IMG/VR virus record: IMGVR_UViG_3300022198_001203
Location: 1 to 37,012 of that record
DNA from: a virus
Taxonomy: Duplodnaviria > Caudoviricetes
DNA: 37,012 nt
Strand: one strand, 5' to 3'
In this document: one piece after another, positions 1 through 7,748 of the stretch
Position numbering within the stretch: the stretch's first letter is position 1
Layout: every line of letters starts with the position of its first letter
Notes under the pieces: generated by a model
Databases searched by the model: none
The model's input: only the letters and a program-made list of their open reading frames with translations
Told to the model about the DNA's origin: nothing
Position numbers and translations under genes: made by a program

Positions 1-81
1 GTCCCGGCCTGGGCTGATAGGTTTTCTTCCATTTTGCGCGCCTTGAATGGGAATGGGTTCGCGCATTATGGCAAAATATAC

Positions 82-1452
82 CTAATCTTGCAAGCGGCGC
101 TTTTTACTCGCCTTCAACAAGTCGTCAAATGTCATAGTAGACGGCTTGCCGATCTGGAGAATTTGGTTTTTCTTTTCTTCGGGCTTTGCTCTAGGTTCTG
201 CCCAAACCCAAGCCAAATACCTGAGCGCGTCTGCATAATGGTTTGTCCAATCGTGAACCGGCTTATCTCTAAAGCATTTCTTGTCATCATCCCACTCTCG
301 CCTAAAGTTTGTAAGTGCGTCGATGAATTTATCTTGGCTATCGTCGATCCATAAACGTGAGAACATCTGACGTGCGGCTAAGATGCCTTGCTGCTCCGTG
401 TTCTTGTTTGGGAGTATCTGTAAGTTCTTTAGGCCGAGGTCTTTCCCCAACTGCTCGATAACCGATCTACCAGCGGCAACGAGTGTTTTTGCTTGGGCAT
501 CATGCGGGAGCCAATGCGCCGCGTATGTGTAATCTTTGCCGGTTATAACGCCAGCATAGTGCTCTAGGCTCTTGCCGTTCGTGCTGTATGTGTCGATGAT
601 TCGGACTTCGCCCATAAGGAACTGGCAAAACAATATGCATGTGTCGTCTGAGAAGCCAATATCCCAAACGGTATGGACCGGCAGACTTTCATCCCACTCG
701 ACCTTGCAAATGCGGCCTTCTTTCCTGGCCCTGGCTAATTGCGATCCGTAATATGAACCAACGATAGCGGCCTCAAAGCTGCAATAATACTCCTGCTCGA
801 AAAGTGACCGGCCAAGTTCCTCGCCGTAAAGATCGATGTACTCCGCTAAACTCTCGTCAAGCTGTGCTTTCGTCAGTGCGCCGGTATCCTCGATAGAGGA
901 AAGTTCGGCAAACCAGAAATCAGAACTGACGGCGCGGTCGAACATGCGCTTTGCGTGGTTGGCCCCGCGTGGAGTTGTGATAAAGGCCGCTGTTCCGTCC
1001 GTCTCTTCAATCATGGGCTTGTGATAGGCCCAAGCCGCAGGGTTACACAATGCCCACTCTGAATATGCTATACCAACAGGCCCGGAACCCACCGTAGCGT
1101 CATACCTGTCTGAGCCGAGAAGTTGCCAAGTGCTACCCCACACCGTTTCGATAAACATATCGTTGTCATTAGTGCGCTTGCGGATTTCAGGCGGGAAAGC
1201 TTCGTCAATGCGGCGCTTGCCTGTGTGTCCGTTAATACCGTTCCATATGGCTTTGCGGGCTTGGGCATATTCGGGGAAGCAATGCCAGTAAGTCCCTACG
1301 CGCTTTTGTGATAGCTCCCTGAATCCGTTAAGCACGATTTCATCCTTGCCCCAACGTCTATGCGCTATCTCAATGAGGCGCTTTTTTCTCTGCGTCACAA
1401 GGGTTTCGTGGAAATTCCTCTGATACCAGCGAACGGAAAAGTCATAGTTCAT
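82..1452 (-). CDS. terL: Terminase large subunit
   Basis: Walker A-like AHRRWGKD, Walker B-like GIAYSEWA, coupling motif FITTPRG, FEQEYYCSF, nuclease motifs WDIGFSDDT and HDWTNHYADALRY. Confidence 0.95.
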   Translation of the reverse strand: MNYDFSVRWYQRNFHETLVTQRKKRLIEIAHRRWGKDEIVLNGFRELSQKRVGTYWHCFPEYAQARKAIWNGINGHTGKRRIDEAFPPEIRKRTNDNDMFIETVWGSTWQLLGSDRYDATVGSGPVGIAYSEWALCNPAAWAYHKPMIEETDGTAAFITTPRGANHAKRMFDRAVSSDFWFAELSSIEDTGALTKAQLDESLAEYIDLYGEELGRSLFEQEYYCSFEAAIVGSYYGSQLARARKEGRICKVEWDESLPVHTVWDIGFSDDTCILFCQFLMGEVRIIDTYSTNGKSLEHYAGVITGKDYTYAAHWLPHDAQAKTLVAAGRSVIEQLGKDLGLKNLQILPNKNTEQQGILAARQMFSRLWIDDSQDKFIDALTNFRREWDDDKKCFRDKPVHDWTNHYADALRYLAWVWAEPRAKPEEKKNQILQIGKPSTMTFDDLLKASKKRRLQD

Positions 1453-1850
1453 TCTTCAGGCTTCGGCTCGTAGTACGTGTTGAAGTTAATGTCACCCTTG
1501 TGGTCGATCTCTTGCTTGTCCTTGAATGCTTGCACATCAACATGCTTACCAACTTGTTCGAGGGCTTTTAAGGCGTTTGAGCGGTCTTGTTCTTCCCTGG
1601 CTTCCTTGTACACGTCTGCCGCCTGTTCTAGCACCCACCGGGCTGTTATACCCGTCTGCTCACTTCTCTTTGAAAGCTGCTCGGCTAAAAAATCTGATAT
1701 ATACGGTTTTGTAAGGTTTTCCATGCCGATCTGCCTAGCAGTATGTTCACTGTACCCGGCGCGGATTGCAGCCTGAGTAGCGTTGAGGTCTATCAGGTAT
1801 TCCTCGACAAATCTAGCTTGCTTTGGTGTTAGCTTCTTTTCATCCATCAA
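1449..1850 (-). CDS. terS: Terminase small subunit (ATG at 1847 also possible)
   Basis: LTPKQARFVEEYLIDLNATQAAIRAGYSEHTA is the typical TerS N-terminal HTH; overlaps terL start. Confidence 0.95.
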   Translation of the reverse strand: MMDEKKLTPKQARFVEEYLIDLNATQAAIRAGYSEHTARQIGMENLTKPYISDFLAEQLSKRSEQTGITARWVLEQAADVYKEAREEQDRSNALKALEQVGKHVDVQAFKDKQEIDHKGDINFNTYYEPKPEE

Positions 1851-1898
1851 GCTCCGTCCTTTACTGCTTGGATCGCCGCTCTTGCCATCTCTTCTCGC

Positions 1899-2057
1899 TT
1901 AGTCATGCCTCAACCCATACAAAAGTGAGCAAACCCCCAATGTCGCAGCAGAAGCGCTGCAAGCTGCCCACCCAGGCGATCCAATCAAGCCGTGATAAAC
2001 TGCAACCCCTGTGTTCAGACTGATAAACACTGAATTCATAAATTTAAGTACTTTCAT
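1899..2057 (-). CDS. Small hydrophobic hypothetical protein (52 aa, MKVLKFMNSVFISLNTG...)
   Basis: Read manually; AAGGA upstream; two hydrophobic stretches; same strand as neighbours. Confidence 0.5.
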   Translation of the reverse strand: MKVLKFMNSVFISLNTGVAVYHGLIGSPGWAACSASAATLGVCSLLYGLRHD

Positions 2058-2069
2058 CGCATGTTCCTT

Positions 2070-2273
2070 AAAGTATTATTGATGCGGGCCGGGCGCTACT
2101 CCGGCTAGGCAAGGAGGGATTTGAACCCCCACTATACTTGTCACACGCCTTGGCGAGAGGCCGCTAAGCATCATCAAGTACGCTATCGTGAACGGTTCTG
2201 CTACCCACATATCGCCGCCCTACATCGTCATGCTGCGTGTCTGCTTTCCACGCCGCCGCATCAATAATACTTT
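2070..2273 (-). ncRNA. Putative structured tRNA-like RNA enclosed by a perfect 18-bp inverted repeat
   Basis: AAAGTATTATTGATGCGG (2070-2087) and CCGCATCAATAATACTTT (2256-2273); inner hairpins at 2235-2253 and 2088-2105; canonical T-arm GGGGG-TTCAAAT-CCCTC on the minus strand at 2114-2130. Confidence 0.7.
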
Positions 2274-2320
2274 TTGACAGCACTTAGCTAACGCCTTGGC
2301 CCTTGGGTTGTTAAATGTCA

Positions 2321-2698
2321 TCACTCGCCCCTACGTACTAGGCTATATTTCCAGTCGCATGTTCCAGGAACGAATGAGGAGAAACTATTAACGCGGTGTT
2401 GAGTAGAAGACAACGCATCTATTTTTAGATTCCAACACACTGTACCACAGTAGGGACAGTCGCTAAAAAGCCACGTGAAACCGTCTTTGTCAGTAGCCAT
2501 CCATTTATATTCAGGGGCTACGTGATCCCAATTTATTGACGGCTTGGTGAGGGGGGCTATGCGGTAATCGCGCATGATCCAATCCCAAAACGGTAATGAT
2601 TCAGCCTCTCCCCAATGGCCGTCAGGCAGAGTAACCTCAATAGGCTTACCGTCCACATAAGCCTGCATTACTTCGATCATCTGCTCGGTCGTTTTCAT
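2321..2698 (-). CDS. Phage hypothetical protein
   Basis: 125-aa ORF with GGAGG RBS; IEVMQAYVDGKPIE...WDW..DYRIAP pattern common in small phage proteins. Confidence 0.8.
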   Translation of the reverse strand: MKTTEQMIEVMQAYVDGKPIEVTLPDGHWGEAESLPFWDWIMRDYRIAPLTKPSINWDHVAPEYKWMATDKDGFTWLFSDCPYCGTVCWNLKIDALSSTQHRVNSFSSFVPGTCDWKYSLVRRGE

Positions 2699-2724
2699 TT
2701 CTTCATATCCTCCGCTATTTCTGT

Positions 2725-2868
2725 TTAAATCCCATCAACATAATCGATTGCGCTCTGCACTAGCCTACTCGCCAGAATGAGGCGGGCTGCTTTCGATAGG
2801 TCGCCATCTTTGACCGCCTTATCGGTGTCATTCTTTAGTCTGGATAATGCAGCTTTAAGCTCTTTCAT
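2725..2868 (-). CDS. Small hypothetical protein (47 aa, MKELKAALSRL...)
   Basis: GGAGGGAAC RBS directly before ATG at 2868. Confidence 0.65.
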   Translation of the reverse strand: MKELKAALSRLKNDTDKAVKDGDLSKAARLILASRLVQSAIDYVDGI

Positions 2869-3012
2869 GTTCCCTCCGAATAAAGTGGCTGTCGCGCAAG
2901 TTAGGAAATCCAAAAAACCTTGCCACAGCCTGACGGGGTTATTTTGTCCTAGCGCACTCACCGTCTGACCGCCTTAGCTATGCTGGACTGGAAAAATATA
3001 TTAAATAAACTC

Positions 3013-3041
3013 TTGCATCCTGTCAACTGTTTTGGTAGGGT
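3013..3041 (+). promoter_or_regulatory. Putative sigma70 promoter, antisense to the surrounding operon
   Basis: TTGCAT-N17-TAGGGT with extended -10 TG and an AT-rich UP-like tract immediately upstream. Confidence 0.6.
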
Positions 3042-3046
3042 TTTCG

Positions 3047-3134
3047 TTAGCGCTCCCCAACACCCCTCCCTGTTTGGTCGAAGCGCTGATCTGCAAACTA
3101 GCCCCCCGTCGTACCATGGCGGGGGGCTTTTTTT
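3047..3134 (+). ncRNA. Putative ~88-nt small RNA with CCCCUCCC loop
   Basis: Lies between the promoter and an intrinsic terminator; stem TTAGCGCT/AGCGCTGA, inner stem CCAACA/TGTTTGG and loop CCCCTCCC. Confidence 0.6.
3100..3134 (+). terminator. Rho-independent terminator, possibly bidirectional
   Basis: AGCCCCCCGTCG-TACCA-TGGCGGGGGGCT hairpin followed by a T7 tract. Confidence 0.85.
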
Positions 3135-3136
3135 GC

Positions 3137-3307
3137 TTAAGCATACCACCGCTCAATCTGTCGTATCAAATCAACCCCCTGACCATAGCCCGCCTCGTAA
3201 AGAACACTCTCCATCAAATCATCCAGCTCAGAATGACATGCCTCCGGGTCGTGGCTATGCTCGTCGATGATTTTTTGCACTTTGTCTGTGAAATCTGCGG
3301 GGGTCAT
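3137..3307 (-). CDS. Small phage protein (56 aa, ends RWYA)
   Basis: Read manually: MTPADFTDKVQKIIDEHSHDPEACHSELDDLMESVLYEAGYGQGVDLIRQIERWYA; ATGA overlap with the upstream gene; D-x-E-x2-H...GY...WYA pattern recurrent in phages. Confidence 0.8.
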   Translation of the reverse strand: MTPADFTDKVQKIIDEHSHDPEACHSELDDLMESVLYEAGYGQGVDLIRQIERWYA

Positions 3308-3717
3308 TTTTCATCCTCATTAGGTCCGGTTGATGGGGACAGTGCCGCTTCTGCTATTTTCGACAGGTAGGCGGCATCATTCGCAAGCGCAACCGCAACT
3401 GCTCCATTAAACTTCATACCCGCCGCTTCAGATTCTTTGCGAAGCTCGCCGATAGGATTAGTGATGCGGCGAAGGCCCAAGGTAAGACGCTCGATCTCGT
3501 CCGCTGCTTCCGTGAGTGCTGTTACCCAATTCCCTATTTGCCCGTGGCTAGGCCATGCTGTCGGGGAAATTATGTGCGTGTCCTCTGTTGTCGGCAAACC
3601 CTCTTTATCTCGTTTATATTTATCATATTCCGCCCAATACCCAACGCAATTGGATATCGTCCGCAACGCAAGCGAATGCTTGCAGCTGGCAGTTAGGTTC
3701 CTGTATTCAACCATCAT
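3304..3717 (-). CDS. Phage hypothetical protein
   Basis: 137-aa ORF coupled to the replication gene; contains the EAADEIERL motif common in phage proteins. Confidence 0.75.
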   Translation of the reverse strand: MMVEYRNLTASCKHSLALRTISNCVGYWAEYDKYKRDKEGLPTTEDTHIISPTAWPSHGQIGNWVTALTEAADEIERLTLGLRRITNPIGELRKESEAAGMKFNGAVAVALANDAAYLSKIAEAALSPSTGPNEDEK

Positions 3718-4550
3718 TCACCTTCCTTTCCCAAATAATCTGATTTTTTCGGCTCCGGCCCTTGCCTGCCACCGTTGCGCCAATTTTTGTGGGCCTCTAC
3801 CCATTCCGAAAGCCCTGGATTGTCTTGTGGTGGTCCGTAATCGTCGAGCCATCTGTTCTGGTTTAGCCACGTTGATGCTTGTGCGACAAACTCCGTCCCG
3901 TCTCTGTCGGTTTTCTTCATCGCCACTGCGTAAGCCATCGCTCCAGACAAGATTTGCTCAGGAGGTGTACCGGCCTTTGTGATTTTCCTCCATCGGTCAA
4001 ACGCTGGCTTTTTGGGGTTAGCGTGGTTTCCCCTGGAAGGATAAGCTTCCCAAAATTCTTTAAAATCTTTCGGATAGTCCCTAGGGGGACTTACAGGGGG
4101 TTTACTATTACCTCCTTCTTTACTCCTACATCCTACATCCTCCATCTGCGGAGGTTTTACCGTACTGGTATCGTACTGGTACTGTACTGGTACTGTATCA
4201 GCATCTGCTAGGCCAACGTAATTACGCAAATCATCTGGCAATGGGTATAGCGCATTCGGCTTTTGAGGGCGCTGGAACACACGAAAGTTGCGTATCGCTC
4301 CGTAACTCTTGCCGCCGTGTTCAAACCTTTTCACCTGCCGGTTTTCGACGAGTTCGGTAAGAAGTTCGTCAATTTCGACGTTATCAACTGGCATTAGACG
4401 AATTTTGATGGTGATGGGCTTCCATTCAAAAACGCCTTGATCATCCGCTTCATTACGCAGACCAATGGCTAAGAGGCGAGCGTAGGGCGAGCATTTTACG
4501 AAATCCTCGTCGGTCCATTGTGTCGGATGGGTTGACCTTATCCTTGCCAT
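3714..4550 (-). CDS. Phage replication initiator (lambda O-like organisation)
   Basis: N-terminal MARIRS...WTDEDF...ARLLAIGL..EADDQG, low-complexity linker with iterons, C-terminal FKEFWEAYP...ASTWLNQNRWLD. Confidence 0.85.
   Translation of the reverse strand: MARIRSTHPTQWTDEDFVKCSPYARLLAIGLRNEADDQGVFEWKPITIKIRLMPVDNVEIDELLTELVENRQVKRFEHGGKSYGAIRNFRVFQRPQKPNALYPLPDDLRNYVGLADADTVPVQYQYDTSTVKPPQMEDVGCRSKEGGNSKPPVSPPRDYPKDFKEFWEAYPSRGNHANPKKPAFDRWRKITKAGTPPEQILSGAMAYAVAMKKTDRDGTEFVAQASTWLNQNRWLDDYGPPQDNPGLSEWVEAHKNWRNGGRQGPEPKKSDYLGKEGE
4124..4204. repeat. Iteron-like tandem repeats, probable replication origin inside the initiator gene
   Basis: 11-bp unit CGTACTGGTAT, CGTACTGGTAC, TGTACTGGTAC, TGTATCAGCAT (4161-4204); 7-bp unit TCCTACA x2 plus TCCTCCA (4124-4144). 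Confidence 0.7.
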
Positions 4551-4900
4551 TAATGCATTCCCTCTATTTCCCGCGTACTATTTTTTAAACATTCCATTTT
4601 CTTGATGACCCATAGAACTGTCGTATGGTCCCGCCCCATATAATCACCAATATCAACCGCAGACCAACCTGTTCGCTTTTTCATTTCATGGATAGCCCAA
4701 TGCCTCGCCCTAACCGCCGCTCCGATCCTGGAAGACCCTAATATTTCCTCTACTGTTACATAAAATTTACTAGCGGCCTCGTTGATGATATGATCGGGAG
4801 TTGTTCCGCGCCTACCTATTAAGTTGCGCTTTTCCTGCATACGCATTTTATACATTGGGGAAATGCTTTTCATGCCCTCAATATCTGGGTCGATTTTCAT
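4550..4900 (-). CDS. DnaA C-terminal-like HTH protein
   Basis: IINEAASKFYVTVEEILGSSR....VRARHWAI......GWSAVDIGDYMGRDHTTVL follows the DnaA domain IV signature (R...V.ARQ...S...IG..FGRDHTTV). Confidence 0.85.
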   Translation of the reverse strand: MKIDPDIEGMKSISPMYKMRMQEKRNLIGRRGTTPDHIINEAASKFYVTVEEILGSSRIGAAVRARHWAIHEMKKRTGWSAVDIGDYMGRDHTTVLWVIKKMECLKNSTREIEGMH

Positions 4901-5031
4901 TTTTTATTCTCCCTTATCCAAGCTTTTGTGGCGTTTTTTAGGTGGTCCAAGTTCTGTATAGTTCTGTGATTCCACCATTGGCGCAGAGTTCTGAAAACTT
5001 CCACCTCTTCCGGTGTGAGCCTGTCTTTCAT
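4897..5031 (-). CDS. Small hypothetical protein (44 aa, MKDRLTPEEVEVF...)
   Basis: Read manually; overlaps both neighbours by 4 nt; GGAGG upstream. Confidence 0.6.
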   Translation of the reverse strand: MKDRLTPEEVEVFRTLRQWWNHRTIQNLDHLKNATKAWIRENKK

Positions 5032-5378
5032 AACACCTCCCATGCTTTAAGGATTTGCTTTACTTCTTCAATGCTGCGGGCCTCTTCGTATAGCCCGCCT
5101 AAAGACTCAACGTCGTCCTTGAACACCTTTTGGCTATCAGTAAGCTTGCCTTTTCCGGACTTCAATTCAATAAACCCTGCGATGCCATACGGCAACACAA
5201 AACAAAGGTCGCCAACGCCCGGCTTTACTCCCATGCTTTTGAGCTTGGCTCCTGTTCTGGCGTCCCTGCGTTCACCGTTCGGGCAATGAAACCACACGCA
5301 ATTAGGCTTGGCAATTTCAAGGAAATCGGCAACGCTTTTTTGCAATAGGTATTCAGGGTTGTGCCTCACCCTTTCCAC
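5028..5378 (-). CDS. VRR-NUC family nuclease (possible Holliday junction resolvase)
   Basis: WFHCPNGE.R....GAKLKSMGVKPGVGDL.......FIELKSGKGKLTDSQK, a PD-(D/E)xK pattern. Confidence 0.88.
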   Translation of the reverse strand: MERVRHNPEYLLQKSVADFLEIAKPNCVWFHCPNGERRDARTGAKLKSMGVKPGVGDLCFVLPYGIAGFIELKSGKGKLTDSQKVFKDDVESLGGLYEEARSIEEVKQILKAWEVL

Positions 5379-5641
5379 CCTTTTGGAAGGCCATTAACTA
5401 GCTCTGAAGTAACTTTCCAGTGCCTAGGCATTCCAGGCCCGCGCGGTTGTAATTCCATCTTGGCTCGCACTTTATAACCAAGCTCGCGCCAGTATTTGTT
5501 GATTGTCGCCACTTGACGCCGCGCTGCATTGTCGTCGTGAATGTCGTGAATGTCGCTTGTCTGCATGCAGAACGACCGTTCTTTTGTGTGGTCGTAATTG
5601 TACGTGAATTGGCCCTTAAAATCGCTTGGAATTGTTGACAT
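5366..5641 (-). CDS. Phage hypothetical protein
   Basis: GGAGGGA RBS before ATG at 5641; C-terminal SELVNGLP. Confidence 0.7.
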   Translation of the reverse strand: MSTIPSDFKGQFTYNYDHTKERSFCMQTSDIHDIHDDNAARRQVATINKYWRELGYKVRAKMELQPRGPGMPRHWKVTSELVNGLPKGWKG

Positions 5642-5649
5642 ATTCCCTC

Positions 5650-5847
5650 CTATTTTGGCATATAATCGCAAGGAATAGCTGATTCCATCTTGCGGATTGT
5701 GGTTGAACTAGGTGCCCATGATGGTGAGTCCATCTTGCGGATCGCCGCCTCAGTAATCCCGGATTCACGAGCCATTTTTGTGATACACCATCCGCGCTCT
5801 CGTCGGTAGGCGCGGATACGGTTTAAGACCATTTCAATATTTATCAT
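5650..5847 (-). CDS. Cro-like XRE HTH regulator, probably leaderless
   Basis: RIRAYRRERGWCITKMARESGITEAAIRKMDSPSWAPSSTTIRKME HTH; first gene of the leftward operon. Confidence 0.8.
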   Translation of the reverse strand: MINIEMVLNRIRAYRRERGWCITKMARESGITEAAIRKMDSPSWAPSSTTIRKMESAIPCDYMPK

Positions 5848-5853
5848 GGCGTC

Positions 5854-5943
5854 ACTGTACACGAGATAAAATGCAATGGCAATATAAATAACGTCATTTT
5901 TTTCGACTTTTTGCTTTACATCGCCAGATTTTGCGGTTAATGT
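5854..5943. promoter_or_regulatory. Divergent sigma70 promoter pair
   Basis: Leftward TTGCCA(5882-5877)-N17-TACAGT(5859-5854); rightward TTTACA(5915-5920)-N17-TAATGT(5938-5943); AT-rich spacer at the point where gene orientation switches. Confidence 0.7.
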
Positions 5944-6032
5944 CTATCTTGTCTAACGACACGGGGTTGGTTTTAACCAACAGGAGTAACGGTCCGTCGG
6001 GGAGCCAGCCCCAACCACCAACGGAGGGAATA

Positions 6033-6269
6033 ATGGAAGACCTTGAATTTCAAATTGCCCAAGCGCGATCAATCATCAAAGACGCTTACGAGCAAATAGC
6101 CGAGCTAGGATTTACAAATGAAGAGCTTTCGCGGCTCGACGGTCAACTCGACGACGCGATGCGTGACTTATTTCTCCGCACGGAAGAGGAAATAGAAGGC
6201 GAACAGATTGTCGCCACACGCAACCGCGAAGGCCGCGATTTAGCCAACTATCATAATAAGATTTTGTGA
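6033..6269 (+). CDS. Hypothetical protein, first gene of the rightward operon
   Basis: GGAGGGAATA RBS before ATG at 6033; acidic helical 78 aa. Confidence 0.75.
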   Translation: MEDLEFQIAQARSIIKDAYEQIAELGFTNEELSRLDGQLDDAMRDLFLRTEEEIEGEQIVATRNREGRDLANYHNKIL

Positions 6270-6278
6270 GGAATAGTT

Positions 6279-6377
6279 ATGAACCTATCAAACTATGAAT
6301 GGGCTATTCTTGTTACAATAGCAGGCGTGGTCGGGTTTTGTATCGGAGCATTTGCGTTACCGGAGATTTTACCATGA
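6279..6377 (+). CDS. Small single-TM protein (32 aa)
   Basis: Read manually: MNLSNYEWAILVTIAGVVGFCIGAFALPEILP; GAGG RBS; ATGA overlap with the next gene. Confidence 0.6.
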   Translation: MNLSNYEWAILVTIAGVVGFCIGAFALPEILP

Positions 6378-6592
6378 AACTAGAAATACGAACATGCTTT
6401 GCTTTTGGCGAAGAAACCGGGGAATATCGCCTTGTCGATATGGCATCCGGCCATCCCGATGAATTAGCCAGAGATAGTTATTACAGTCAACTGGCGTGGC
6501 TCAAAGCCTGTCTAGAACAGCTTACCGAGGATCAAATAAACGTTGCCCGCACGAAGGTAGTACGGGACTATGACGGGAGAATGTCGGCATGA
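6374..6592 (+). CDS. Hypothetical protein
   Basis: GGAG RBS, ATG at 6374, ATGA overlap with the next gene. Confidence 0.7.
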   Translation: MKLEIRTCFAFGEETGEYRLVDMASGHPDELARDSYYSQLAWLKACLEQLTEDQINVARTKVVRDYDGRMSA

Positions 6593-7095
6593 CTTTCCTA
6601 GCAAATGAGGCGGTGGCTTATAAGGTTCTCAAAGAGGAACTGCTGAAAGCCTATCCTGACCTTGAAGACGACGCGGAAACACTCGCGGATACCCTAGAGG
6701 GTGAAACAAGCTTTCTTGAAGCTGTAACACACGCTCTAGACAAGCACCAGGACGCTCTAGACCTTATTGAAGGGATTAAGGCCCGTGTTGCTGATTTGGC
6801 CGCTCGCCGGTCCCGCCTCCAGGACCAAGCCAACAAGATAAAATCGGCAATTCTAGCGGCTATGGAAGAGGTCGGGGAGCAAAAAATAACCCTCCCCGAA
6901 TACACGCTGTCGGCTAAAAAACTTCCTCCTAAGCTCGTGATTACCGAGGAATTTAGTTTACCGGGAAGGTTTTTTGTGCCACAAGAATCAAAGCTAGACA
7001 AGAAGGCCGTTACGGACGCTCTTAAGTCTGGCGAGGAAATTCCCGGCGCTATTCTTAGTAACGGCGGGCAAGCTTTGCAGATTAGGAGTAAATAA
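6589..7095 (+). CDS. Siphovirus Gp157-family protein
   Basis: TLADTLEGE, coiled coil, C-terminal KLDKKAVTDALKSGEEIPGAIL.NG...LQIR. Confidence 0.88.
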   Translation: MTFLANEAVAYKVLKEELLKAYPDLEDDAETLADTLEGETSFLEAVTHALDKHQDALDLIEGIKARVADLAARRSRLQDQANKIKSAILAAMEEVGEQKITLPEYTLSAKKLPPKLVITEEFSLPGRFFVPQESKLDKKAVTDALKSGEEIPGAILSNGGQALQIRSK

Positions 7096-7096
7096 A

Positions 7097-7744
7097 ATGG
7101 CAAAGAAACTTGATAAAGAAATAGGTGAGGTATTAAGCAAATATGGTTTCGGCCCGGAATCTTGTTGGGATTGCCACGGAACGTGGGTAGTTTATCATAA
7201 GGTTTTGGAGCGGATAGCGGCAAAGTCTGGAATTGTTTATCTAGAGCCGAAAGTGCTTGTCTCCGAGCCACGGGCTGCGGTGCTGCTTGTGACTGGAGAG
7301 CTTGACGGAAAGTCAGAATGGTCTACGGGTGAAGCTGTAATAGACCTAAATTATAAAGTATCAGGCAGGCAAGCCGGATACCCATTCGCTATGGCCGAAA
7401 AACGCGCAAAAGATCGTGTTATCCTTAAACTCATTGGCCTTCACGGGTTAGCTTACTCCGAAGAAGAAGCCGACGAGTTTAGGCAAGCCAACCAACCGCC
7501 ACCAAAAGAGGTTAAGCCTCCACAGACAGAACAACCATACATGCTCCGTAAGCCGGTTGGAAGCGAGGAATCTTGGACCGAATATGCACGGGCATTATGC
7601 GAGTTTATGAAAAACTCAGTGACCAGCGAAGAGGTTGCTACATGGTGGGATTTAAACTTGCCAACGATTGAATCGAACCCATCGACTTCCTGGCAAGGGA
7701 AACTTGAAGACTACAAAAACAAACAGATGGAAAAGAAAGGTTAA
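7097..7744 (+). CDS. Probable single-strand annealing recombinase
   Basis: STGEA...[34 protein letters not shown] motif; lies between gp157 and ssb. Confidence 0.55.
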   Translation: MAKKLDKEIGEVLSKYGFGPESCWDCHGTWVVYHKVLERIAAKSGIVYLEPKVLVSEPRAAVLLVTGELDGKSEWSTGEAVIDLNYKVSGRQAGYPFAMAEKRAKDRVILKLIGLHGLAYSEEEADEFRQANQPPPKEVKPPQTEQPYMLRKPVGSEESWTEYARALCEFMKNSVTSEEVATWWDLNLPTIESNPSTSWQGKLEDYKNKQMEKKG

Positions 7745-7748
7745 TACA

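Noticed and set aside
2076-2210. 44-codon minus-strand ORF (MWVAEPFTIAY...) inside the structured RNA
   Set aside because: No SD, no recognisable motif, and it runs through strong hairpins; probably chance
2106-2234. Canonical tRNA gene suggested by the GGTTCAAATCC T-arm
   Set aside because: No properly spaced D-arm, anticodon arm, 7-bp acceptor stem or CCA; kept only as a tRNA-like ncRNA
4124-4204. CRISPR-like mini-array
   Set aside because: Units are 7-11 bp, contiguous and without spacers, inside a replication gene; iterons fit better
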